Assembly (NCBI GenBank): GCA_903944085.1
Contig: CAJAQO010000083.1
Span: 6,590-70,589, forward strand
DNA from: an uncultured Verrucomicrobia subdivision 3 bacterium
Lineage (GTDB): Bacteria; Verrucomicrobiota; Verrucomicrobiia; Limisphaerales; UBA11358
DNA: 64,000 bases
Direction of reading: 5' to 3'
This document shows positions 10,546 to 19,305 of the stretch, piece after piece (position 1 is the stretch's first letter; each line of letters starts with the position of its first letter). Made by a program: the position numbers and the translations under genes. Below the pieces are notes generated by a model that was given only the letters and a program-made list of their open reading frames with translations, was not told where the DNA came from and did not search any database.

Positions 10546-13500
10546 ATGCAAAAAAACATGCGCAGTTTGTTGATGCTGGCGATGGTGGCATTGCTGGCGT
10601 TTGACGGAGCCGGCTGTTCCGCCAAGGCGAAAAAAGCGTATCACCTGTCGCGGGCGAACCGTTTTTATACCGCCGGCCAGTTCAACCTCGCGGAAATCGA
10701 ATACCAGAATGTCCTGCGCAACGATCCGGTGAACGGCCTGGCGTGGAGCCGGATTGGCCTAATTTATTATGAGCAGGGCCGCATTCGCAGCGCCGCGCCT
10801 TTTCTGGCGAGGGCCAGCACGCTGGTGCCAAATGATTTGAACCTCCGGCTGAAGCTGGGCTTCATTTATGCCTCGTTGAAAATGACCAACGCGCTGGAGG
10901 AGGCGAATTATGTGCTGGAACGGAAACCGCTGGATGACGAGGCTCCGCTGCTGCTGGCGGAGGCTGTCCGCCAGCCGAAGGAAATCGCGGCGGCCCGGCA
11001 GCGGCTGCAAACGCTGGCGCACGCGGGCGACCGCGCGGTGCTGGAGGTGGCGCTGGGCAATCTGGCTTTGCGGGAAAAAGATTTGGCTGCCGCCGGGGCC
11101 GCGCTCAAAAAGGCGCAGGCGCTGGATGCAAAATTCATTCCCCTCACGGCGGCGCTGGGCACGCTGGCAGAGGCCCAGGGCGATTTAAAGCAGGCAGAAG
11201 CCTTGTTCAAGGCCGCCGCCGACGCGTCGCCAATCCGGTCGCCGCGCCGGATCACTTACGCCCAGTTTAAAATGCAGGTTGGCGATCTCGCCGGTGCGCG
11301 CCAGTTTTTGAATGAAATGGTCAAGGCGGCGGCTGACTATTTTCCCGCCCCGCTGCTGCTGGCGGAAATTGCGGCGCAGGAAAAAAAATACGATGAATGT
11401 GCGGGCTGGCTGGACAAGGCGCTGGCGCTCGATCCGGACAACATGGACGCGCTGTTTTTCGAAGGCCAGTTAAAATTGCAACGGGGCCAGACGGATCAGG
11501 CGGTGGTGATCATGGAACGGTTGGTCCGCATGTATCCGCAGGTCGCTTTGTTTCATTACACATTGGGCAACGCGTATTATCAGGCGAACGACTCCGTCAA
11601 AGCTGCCGGCAGCCTGAACCGGAGCCTTGAGCTGGAGACCAATTTCTTTGATGCCACCATTCTGCTGGCGCAAATCCAGATCAAGAACAACAATCCGGCG
11701 CCGGCAATTATCACGCTGGAACGATTGCGCCAGAAACAGCCGCAACTGGCCAAAGCGCAGTTGCTGCTCGCGGATGCCTACCGGCAGCAGGCACGGATTG
11801 ATGGGCAGCCGGGACTCAACAACAACGCGCTGGCGATTTATCAGTCGCTGGAAAAAAAGTTTCCCAAAGACGAACAAATTCCGCTGTTGCGCGGCGCGAC
11901 GTTGCTGCAAATGCAGGATCCGGCGGCGGCTCGGCAGGCTTTCGAGCGGGTGCTGGAACTTTCCCCCAGCCAGCTTCAGGCCATCGCCACGCTGGTGGAT
12001 TTGGACCTGACCGACAAAAAATTCGACGCGGCGATGCAGCTCGTCAACGCCGAACTCCAGAAAGATCCGAAGCGGGTGGAGCTGAATATTTTGCTGGCCA
12101 GGATTTTCCAAGCCGAGGGCAAGGGCGACCAGACCGAGGCGACCCTGTTGAAGACCATTGAGATTGCCCCGACAAATCTGTCGGCTTATTTGCTGCTGGC
12201 TAAAATCTATTCTGATGCCGGCCAGAATGACAAAGCCATGGCCAAGCTGGATGCCGTCATGTCCAAGGAACCCACGAATGCGCTGGCGCTATATTTGACG
12301 GCCACGATTTACAATGCGAACAAGGATTACAAAGGGGCGGCGGCAACTTATGAGAAAGAGTTGAAGCTGGAAGCCAACCCGGTGGCGATGAACAATCTGG
12401 CTTATATCTATTCGGAATTTTTGCCCGACAACCTCGACCGCGGTTATGAAGTGGCCCAGAACGCCCGCAAATTGCTGCCGCATGATGCGTCCACGGCGGA
12501 CACCTTGGGCTGGATTTGTTTCAAGAAAGGTTCCTACTCGACGGCGTTGGGCTTGCTGCAGGAAAGCGCCGGCGACGCCCAGTTGCAGGCGCAGCCCGAG
12601 GTCCAGTTTCATTTTGGCATGGCCAATTATATGACGGCCAACGAAGCGCCCGCCCGCGCCGCCTTTCAGCTCGCTTTGCAGTTGCGCGCGGCGTTTTCCG
12701 GCCGCGATGAATGTCAGCGCTGCCTGTCTATTCTTGACCTCAACCCGGCCACCGCCGATGCCGCCGCCCGCTCCCTGCTGGAAAAAAGAATTTCCGAAAA
12801 AGCCGACGACCCGGTTGCGCTGGTCCGGCTCGCCCGCATCTACTTGCGCGATGGCAATGCTGAAAAGGCCGTCACCGCCTACGAAGCCTTGCTGCAGGCC
12901 ATCCCAAAAAATCTGGAGGCGATGATCCAGCTTACCCGGCTGTATGCCGCCAAAGACACGAAGAAAGCCTACGAAATGGCCAAGGCCGCCAACAAGCTCG
13001 CGCCCTACAATCCCGAAGTGACGCACGCGTTGGGCCGACTGGCGTTTCTGTCCGGCGATTATCAGCTTGCGGCAAACCTGTTGCAGCAAGCCGTGCAAAC
13101 CCGGTCGGATGATGCACCGCTGCTCTTTGATTACGCGCAGGCCGCCTACAGTCTTGGCAAAACCGCCGAGGCGCAAACCGCGTTGCAGAACGCGTTGAAC
13201 TTGAATCTGCCGGCCGCCCAGGCTGCCTCGGTCCGGCGGATGCTCGATCTGATGGGACTGGCGGCGGCTCCGGCGCAAGCCGCCGCCGCGAGCAGCCGCA
13301 TCGCGGAGATTTTGAAATCGGAACCGGACGATGTGCCGGCACTGTTGGCCCAAGCCATCGCTTGCGAGGCCAAAGCCGATCTGGCGGGGGCGGAACAGGC
13401 ATGCGAAAAGATTCTGGCCCGTTATCCCGATTTTTCTCCCGCCCAAAAACAACTGGCTTGGCTGTATGCCGCCGAGCCGGCCAAGGCGGATCGCGCTTAT

Positions 13501-13788
13501 GCGCTCGCGGCCAAGGCTCGCGAAGCGTTTCCCAATGATCCCACACTCGAAAAAATCATCGGGGTCATTTTGGTCCAGCGCGGGGATTACACCCACGCGG
13601 TGAATCTGCTCAAACACAGCGCCGCCACGTTCAGCACCGATGCCGAGCTGTTTTATTATCTGGGGACGGCGCAGTTTCACCTCAAAAGCCGGCTGGAAAG
13701 CAAGACCAGTTTGCAACAGGCGCTGGCCTTAAAACTTTCCGGCCAGCCCGCTGAGGCGGCCAAGCAAATGCTCAATCAGCTAAAGTAA
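10546..13788 (+). CDS. PEP-CTERM system TPR-repeat lipoprotein (PrsT-like)
   Basis: 1080 aa. Lipoprotein signal LLAFDGAGC, then uninterrupted TPR-like repeats. Starts 2 nt after the exosortase stop. Confidence 0.75.
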   Translation: MQKNMRSLLMLAMVALLAFDGAGCSAKAKKAYHLSRANRFYTAGQFNLAEIEYQNVLRNDPVNGLAWSRIGLIYYEQGRIRSAAPFLARASTLVPNDLNLRLKLGFIYASLKMTNALEEANYVLERKPLDDEAPLLLAEAVRQPKEIAAARQRLQTLAHAGDRAVLEVALGNLALREKDLAAAGAALKKAQALDAKFIPLTAALGTLAEAQGDLKQAEALFKAAADASPIRSPRRITYAQFKMQVGDLAGARQFLNEMVKAAADYFPAPLLLAEIAAQEKKYDECAGWLDKALALDPDNMDALFFEGQLKLQRGQTDQAVVIMERLVRMYPQVALFHYTLGNAYYQANDSVKAAGSLNRSLELETNFFDATILLAQIQIKNNNPAPAIITLERLRQKQPQLAKAQLLLADAYRQQARIDGQPGLNNNALAIYQSLEKKFPKDEQIPLLRGATLLQMQDPAAARQAFERVLELSPSQLQAIATLVDLDLTDKKFDAAMQLVNAELQKDPKRVELNILLARIFQAEGKGDQTEATLLKTIEIAPTNLSAYLLLAKIYSDAGQNDKAMAKLDAVMSKEPTNALALYLTATIYNANKDYKGAAATYEKELKLEANPVAMNNLAYIYSEFLPDNLDRGYEVAQNARKLLPHDASTADTLGWICFKKGSYSTALGLLQESAGDAQLQAQPEVQFHFGMANYMTANEAPARAAFQLALQLRAAFSGRDECQRCLSILDLNPATADAAARSLLEKRISEKADDPVALVRLARIYLRDGNAEKAVTAYEALLQAIPKNLEAMIQLTRLYAAKDTKKAYEMAKAANKLAPYNPEVTHALGRLAFLSGDYQLAANLLQQAVQTRSDDAPLLFDYAQAAYSLGKTAEAQTALQNALNLNLPAAQAASVRRMLDLMGLAAAPAQAAAASSRIAEILKSEPDDVPALLAQAIACEAKADLAGAEQACEKILARYPDFSPAQKQLAWLYAAEPAKADRAYALAAKAREAFPNDPTLEKIIGVILVQRGDYTHAVNLLKHSAATFSTDAELFYYLGTAQFHLKSRLESKTSLQQALALKLSGQPAEAAKQMLNQLK

Positions 13789-13862
13789 AATCGTCGGAAA
13801 AACTTACATTATTTCCGAATTTTTCAACTTTTTATGGCCGCTATAAAAAGCTATAAGTTATT

Positions 13863-13882
13863 AACACAAATATATTTGTGTT
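13863..13882. promoter_or_regulatory. Perfect 20-bp palindrome (AACACAAATA|TATTTGTGTT) in an AT-rich leader; candidate operator
   Basis: Read directly from the sequence. Lies about 50 nt upstream of the PEP-CTERM gene start, inside the only strongly AT-rich stretch of the locus (13790-13930). Confidence 0.5.
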
Positions 13883-13933
13883 CAAATTTTAAATCTTTAT
13901 TTTGTGTGGCATTTGAATTGCTATCAGCCTCGC

Positions 13934-14563
13934 ATGAAAAAGACAATCATTATTGCAGCTGTAGTCGGAATTTGCGGCTTGGCCCAAGCGACCACGATCA
14001 ACGCGCCGTCCACTTTGGTGGGAGCCAGTGCATTGGATGGTAACAACGCCTATTCATGGGGCATTGCGGTGGCGGTGCCGACTGGCGAGACGATCACCAG
14101 CGCCGAAATTGATTTCACCGGTGTGCAGTTGACCGTGGCCAACTCTTCCGGCACGGGCTATCTCTACACGGATTTGTTGAATTCCAAAACCACCGGCGTC
14201 ACGACGGCGTCGGATGGCGATGCCGCCGGTGATTACTGGGCGACCAAGTATTCCGGGGCGAACATCACGAGTCTGGGCACCAAAGTGTTCGCGGCGGTGG
14301 GCACGACGCTGACATGGAGTTATGTTCTCAGTGCCGCGCAACTGACGGCGCTCAATTCCTACCTGGCTGCCGGCGCCTTCAATATCGGCATTGATCCGGA
14401 TTGCCATTACTCGGTTGGCGGCTTGTCCTTCACCTACACGCTCGGTTCGTCGAAAAGCAATTCCGTGCCGGACGACGCCGTGACGGCGTTGCTCGTGGTG
14501 TTGAGCTTGGCGGGCTTGGAAATTTTCCGCCGCCAGTTCGCGGTGGCCAAAATCAAGGCCTGA
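13934..14563 (+). CDS. PEP-CTERM sorting-domain secreted protein (exosortase substrate)
   Basis: Trimmed to MKKTIIIAAVVGICGLAQA (signal peptide). The C-terminus is VPDD, then a hydrophobic helix, then a basic tail (VPDDAVTALLVVLSLAGLEIFRRQF). Confidence 0.75.
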   Translation: MKKTIIIAAVVGICGLAQATTINAPSTLVGASALDGNNAYSWGIAVAVPTGETITSAEIDFTGVQLTVANSSGTGYLYTDLLNSKTTGVTTASDGDAAGDYWATKYSGANITSLGTKVFAAVGTTLTWSYVLSAAQLTALNSYLAAGAFNIGIDPDCHYSVGGLSFTYTLGSSKSNSVPDDAVTALLVVLSLAGLEIFRRQFAVAKIKA

Positions 14564-14587
14564 TGATTTACGGCAAGATAAAAAAAA

Positions 14588-14614
14588 CCGGCAACACCCG
14601 TTGCCGGTTTTTTT
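14588..14614 (+). terminator. Rho-independent terminator
   Basis: 8-bp GC-rich stem CCGGCAAC/GTTGCCGG, a 4-nt loop, then T7. Preceded by an A-run, so it may act bidirectionally. Confidence 0.72.
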
Positions 14615-14689
14615 GTGTCTGCATAAAATTCAAAGCTGAGGTTTGAACGCGACTGCCCGCCACCGGTAAAAATGTGAAGCGGGAAAGTT

Positions 14690-15139
14690 TTGCGACGGCT
14701 GTCGGCCGCCGTTACCATTGCCGCCATGAGCGCATTTCCTGTCAGCCTCGAAAAAGAAAATCAGCTTGCGCAACGCATGGCTGCGCTGGACGTGCGGGAG
14801 GCAGAGATTGAGGAAAGCTTCGTGCGCTCCGGCGGTCACGGCGGTCAGAACGTGAACAAGGTTTCCACCTGCGTGACGTTGCTGCATCGGCCGACCGGCA
14901 CCAAAGTGAAATGCCAGGAAACCCGCCAACAGGGACTCAACCGGTTCATCGCCCGCCGGCTGCTGCTGGACAAGATTGAAGCCTTGAAAAATGGCTTCGT
15001 CGCCGCGCAACGCGCCGAGGTCGAAAAAATCCGCCGCCAGAAACGGAAACGCTCACGCCGCGCGAAAAACAAACTCCTGGCCGACAAGTCCCATCACGCC
15101 GACAAAAAGGCCACGCGGCGACCGGTCGCGCCGGAGTGA
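14690..15139 (+). CDS. Class-I release-factor domain protein (ArfB/ICT1-like peptidyl-tRNA hydrolase)
   Basis: GGQ motif SGGHGGQNVNKVST, then a strongly basic C-terminal tail (RRQKRKRSRRAKNK...). The start is uncertain: TTG at 14690 or ATG at 14726. Confidence 0.72.
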   Translation: MRRLSAAVTIAAMSAFPVSLEKENQLAQRMAALDVREAEIEESFVRSGGHGGQNVNKVSTCVTLLHRPTGTKVKCQETRQQGLNRFIARRLLLDKIEALKNGFVAAQRAEVEKIRRQKRKRSRRAKNKLLADKSHHADKKATRRPVAPE

Positions 15140-15270
15140 ACGCTGTCGCCGCGCACGGCACGGCTGAATTTTTCTTGAAGGACCGGCGGGCTTCGGGTTT
15201 TGCGGCTTCGCGGTTGACAATCCGGTTTTGGCGTGGCATCTGGTCAAGGTAATTCAAACAATAAGTTTCT

Positions 15271-16494
15271 ATGAAAGACCATCGCAAAGACAAAACTGAG
15301 TTCACCCGGCGGGATTTCATTCGCGTCGGTGCCACCGGGGCTACGGGCGTGGCGCTGGCCAGCTTGGGCGCATTGAATGTGGCCGCCGCCGCGCCGGTCG
15401 CCAAGCTGCCGCGCCGGCGTTACGGCCGGACCGGGCTGGAGATCAGCGCGCTGGTGGGAGCCGCGGACTGGAATCCCGACGTCATCCCGTTGGCGGTCGA
15501 AGCCGGGGTGAATTATTGGCACAAGGCGCAACGCTGGAGCGCCGAGTCCATGCCAGAGGCGATCAAACGGCAGCCCCGCGAGGCGTATCATTTGGAAATC
15601 ACGGTGGACCGGGTCGGCGGCGACCACATGCACGGTCACATTGACGAAGAGCAGCACTATCAGTTTGTGAAGCAAGCCGTCGCGCGTTCGGCGGTGGGCT
15701 ATTTTGACGTGTTCAAGTTTCACTTTGGTTATCATTCAGTGCAGGAGGCGAAAACAGAACCAGGCGTGGTCCGCGCCTTTGACCGGCTGAAAAAAGAGGG
15801 TTTGGTCAAGCACCTCGCCCTGTCCCAGCATCACTACAACAACATCGGCGGCGACATGGCTTATGACATCATCACTTACCTGATGGATCATTCGCCCTTT
15901 GAAGCCGCGCAGTTTTTCTACACCTACGGCGACAAGCATGAATTGGAAGACGTCCTCGCGCTGGCCAAGAAAAACGACTTCGGGACCATTGCCATGAAAA
16001 CCATGGGTGGCGTCGGGCGCGCGGCCACGGACAAAAAGTTTCAGGCGTTGCTGGCCGAGCCGCGCTTCAAGGGCAGTTCCCCCGGCACGGCCATGGTTAA
16101 ATGGCTCATGGCCAATCCCAATCTGACGGCGGCGGTCATCGCCACGAGCAACTTTGACCAGTTGCAGGAAAACTTGGCGGCGGCCCGGCAGGGCAGCATG
16201 GGTTCGAACGACCGGCATGCGCTCGGTCTGCTCGCCGCCTACAACAAAGGGTTGACCTGTTTGCTCTGCGCCGACTGCGTCTCGCATTGTCCCGAACATC
16301 TTGCCATTGCCGACATCCTGCGCTACGAGCGCTATGCGCTGGATTACCACGACCTCTCCCGTGCCCGCGCGGAATACAAGACGCTGACCAAGGATGGCAC
16401 TGCCTGCATTGCGTGTGGCGACTGCCTGCCCGCGTGCCAGGCTGACATCAACATTGTGGCGAAGCTAAAAGAAGTGCACCGATTGCTGGGATAA
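15271..16494 (+). CDS. Aldo/keto reductase-like oxidoreductase with Tat signal and C-terminal 4Fe-4S ferredoxin-type domain
   Basis: Twin-arginine leader TRRDFIRVGATGATG. Two Cys clusters, CLLCADCVSHCP and CIACGDCLPAC. Confidence 0.7.
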   Translation: MKDHRKDKTEFTRRDFIRVGATGATGVALASLGALNVAAAAPVAKLPRRRYGRTGLEISALVGAADWNPDVIPLAVEAGVNYWHKAQRWSAESMPEAIKRQPREAYHLEITVDRVGGDHMHGHIDEEQHYQFVKQAVARSAVGYFDVFKFHFGYHSVQEAKTEPGVVRAFDRLKKEGLVKHLALSQHHYNNIGGDMAYDIITYLMDHSPFEAAQFFYTYGDKHELEDVLALAKKNDFGTIAMKTMGGVGRAATDKKFQALLAEPRFKGSSPGTAMVKWLMANPNLTAAVIATSNFDQLQENLAAARQGSMGSNDRHALGLLAAYNKGLTCLLCADCVSHCPEHLAIADILRYERYALDYHDLSRARAEYKTLTKDGTACIACGDCLPACQADINIVAKLKEVHRLLG

Positions 16495-16582
16495 AAGCCC
16501 GGTTGAAAATCCGTAAATTAATTTTTTGCGCCGCCTTCAACCGTCGAAGAATTTTTTTTCTGTTCCGCCAACCGGTCGGCGT

Positions 16583-17200
16583 TCAGCCAGCGGGCGTTAA
16601 TTTCATTCGCAGCCAGCCGAGGCTGGTTAGGGCTGCGCCCAACATGAGCGCGCTTGAGCCGGCATCCGGAACCGTGGCGGTAATGGTCAGATTATCCATC
16701 ACGAACTGCGTGCCGGTGTAGGCATAATTGATGTCTTGCGTCCCGCCGGAACTGAAGAAACTGACCTGATCCACGTCCACGAAGTTGAAAGTGATCAGCG
16801 TGGAACTGACGGCGCTGAGGAAATAAGTGTTGTCGTAAGTCAGCGTGGAGCCAACATACCCTTTGACTTCCAGCATCAAATTATCGTTCCACGCCGCCGC
16901 GAAATTGCCGGAGTTCAGATTGAACGCCGCGCCGCTGAACGAGGCCGAAGCGCCTGAGCCGTTGAAAGCCGCATTCTTGCTGGACACCGTGCCGGCCTGA
17001 TAGCCGCTGTTCGGCGAATCCGCCCCGTCAATGACCGCAAAATTATTCCAGTTCAGACCGCTGTAGCCGTTCGCGATGTTGGCATGGGTGCCGCCCACCG
17101 CCGTGGCGGCGAGGTTGTCAAAATTGATGGTCGTGCCCAAAGCCAAGCCGGCGGAAGCCAGCAAAATCACGGCTGCCGGAGATGGAAATTTAATTTTCAT
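16583..17200 (-). CDS. PEP-CTERM sorting-domain secreted protein
   Basis: Trimmed to MKIKFPSPAAVILLASAGLALG. The C-terminus ATVPDAGSSALMLGAALTSLGWLRMK matches the PEP-CTERM architecture. Confidence 0.75.
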   Translation of the reverse strand: MKIKFPSPAAVILLASAGLALGTTINFDNLAATAVGGTHANIANGYSGLNWNNFAVIDGADSPNSGYQAGTVSSKNAAFNGSGASASFSGAAFNLNSGNFAAAWNDNLMLEVKGYVGSTLTYDNTYFLSAVSSTLITFNFVDVDQVSFFSSGGTQDINYAYTGTQFVMDNLTITATVPDAGSSALMLGAALTSLGWLRMKLTPAG

Positions 17201-17626
17201 GGCGCTTTTCGGATTCCCACATAAAAAACCAGCAAGAACATTCAACCGCGAAAGCCATCTGTCAACTGGCAAAATCTTGGCGGGAACCGGCGCGCGGTAT
17301 CCGGTCAAAGACTAAACCCGGCTTCGCAAAGCAATTATCCGCCGCCGCCGTCTGGCTGGCTGCCCGGTCAAACGGGAAAATTCAAGCTGTCGCCGCTTGA
17401 AGGCGCGACTATTCGCTTGCGTTAAAATTATTTTTCCGGCAAACAGTTCGCCATCATTACTAAAAACATCTCTGCCATCTCCGCCAAACTCGCCGGCCAG
17501 CCGCGAGATTGTTTTTGGTCTTCACCTATGAACCGGTTTTTCGGCGGCGGGCTTGAACTCGCGCCGAGTCCGCAGCCCGGTCGCAAGACCGTTGCCCGGC
17601 ACTGACAGAACAACGCAATTTAAATT

Positions 17627-19123
17627 ATGGCAGCAATTACCACCACCAACTCCTCCGCCACCGGCAGCAGCAATGGCGCAAGCTATCGCGGCTCGTTCGC
17701 CATCATGACCTCGCTCTTTTTCATGTGGGGCTTCATGACGGTGTTCAATGATATTCTCATTCCGCGCTTCAAGGAGGCGTTCACGCTGGATTATTTCCAC
17801 GCGATGCTCGTCCAGTTTGCGTTTTTCGGCGCCTATTTCACCGGCGCGCTGATCTATTTTCTGATTTCGATGACAGCCGGCGATCCCATCGCCAAAATCG
17901 GCTACAAAAACGGCGTGGTCATCGGCCTGCTGATTTCCGCGACGGGCAGCGCGCTGTTTTGGCCCGCCGCCAACGCGCCGTCCTACCCGATGTTTCTGGC
18001 CGCGCTGTTCATCGTCGGCCTTGGCTTTGCGATGCTGCAAATTGCCGCCAATCCTTATGTCACCATTCTCGGCCCCGAGAAAACGGCGTCCAGCCGCTTG
18101 AATCTCGCGCAAGGTTTCAATTCCATCGGCACGACCATCGGGCCGATCATCGGCGGCTTCCTGATTTATCAATATTTCGCCAAGACCGGCGCGCACGGTG
18201 CCGACTCGGTGAAAATGCCTTACCTCGCGTTCAGCATTGTGTTCGTGGTGCTGGCTGTGATTTTCTTTTTCATCCATTTGCCGCACATCGGCGAGGGTCG
18301 TGTGGAAGCCGGCGCCGGCGCGTTGAAATATCCGCATGTCGTGCTCGGGGTGCTCGCGATTTTCATGTATGTCGGCGGCGAAGTTTCCGTCGGCAGTGCC
18401 ATCATTAATTTTCTCGGACAAAAATCCGTCGCGGGCTTGTCGGCGCTGGACGCGAGCAAATACGTTTCCATTTATTGGGGCGGCCTGATGATCGGCCGCT
18501 TCATGGGCGCGGTGGAACTGAGCGAAATGAAGGCGGCCCGGAAACATCTGCTGCTCGTGGTGATTCCGCTGCTCGCGTATCTGCTGCTCTGGGTGGCCAA
18601 GAGCGCGCCGTTGGACGCAATGCAGCACGGTTTGGACGCGGCGGTGTTTGCGCAGTGGCGTGACGCTTTCGTGGCCAACGGCGCGGTGTTCAAGCTGTAT
18701 CTGCCGTTCATCGCGCTGTGCTGGCTGCTGTTCCAGTTCGGGCAATCCAATGCCGGGCGCACGCTGATGATTTTTTCACTGACGGTCGTGGCGCTGCTGC
18801 TGACGGCGATTCTGGTCGGCGGCAAAGTGGCGATGTGGTGCGTGGTGGCGGTGGGTTTGTTTACTTCGATCGGCTGGTCGAACACGTTCTCGCTCGCGCT
18901 GGAGGGCACGGGCGTTTACAAGAGCCAGGTGTCATCGCTGCTGGTGATGGCGATTCTCGGTGGCGCGGTGCTGCCGCCGCTGCAAGGCAAAATTGCCGAC
19001 GTGACGCACAATTTGCAAATCTCCTTCATCGTGCCGCTGATCGCCTACGCCTACGTCGCGTTCTACGGAGCAAAAGGTCACACCATCGGCCGCAACAAGG
19101 TCGTCCTGAAAGCGGCCAGTTAG
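17627..19123 (+). CDS. Sugar MFS transporter (L-fucose:H+ symporter / glucose-galactose GluP family)
   Basis: 498 aa, about 12 TM segments. N-terminal FFMWGFMTVFNDILIPRFKEAF is characteristic of the FucP/GluP family. Confidence 0.8.
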   Translation: MAAITTTNSSATGSSNGASYRGSFAIMTSLFFMWGFMTVFNDILIPRFKEAFTLDYFHAMLVQFAFFGAYFTGALIYFLISMTAGDPIAKIGYKNGVVIGLLISATGSALFWPAANAPSYPMFLAALFIVGLGFAMLQIAANPYVTILGPEKTASSRLNLAQGFNSIGTTIGPIIGGFLIYQYFAKTGAHGADSVKMPYLAFSIVFVVLAVIFFFIHLPHIGEGRVEAGAGALKYPHVVLGVLAIFMYVGGEVSVGSAIINFLGQKSVAGLSALDASKYVSIYWGGLMIGRFMGAVELSEMKAARKHLLLVVIPLLAYLLLWVAKSAPLDAMQHGLDAAVFAQWRDAFVANGAVFKLYLPFIALCWLLFQFGQSNAGRTLMIFSLTVVALLLTAILVGGKVAMWCVVAVGLFTSIGWSNTFSLALEGTGVYKSQVSSLLVMAILGGAVLPPLQGKIADVTHNLQISFIVPLIAYAYVAFYGAKGHTIGRNKVVLKAAS

Positions 19124-19305
19124 CCCAATCCTAAAACATTGGTCGAACCGAGGCTGACGCTGCGGTGCCGCGCCGCGCTCGTTTGGCAAAATCCGGCGGC
19201 GAAAATCGCCCAAGCGCCGGTGTTCATCCCTGCCGACATCGCGCCTTTCGATGCTCCCAACGATTTTTTCGATTCACATTTGGCCTCCATTGGGATTAAT
19301 GTCAG

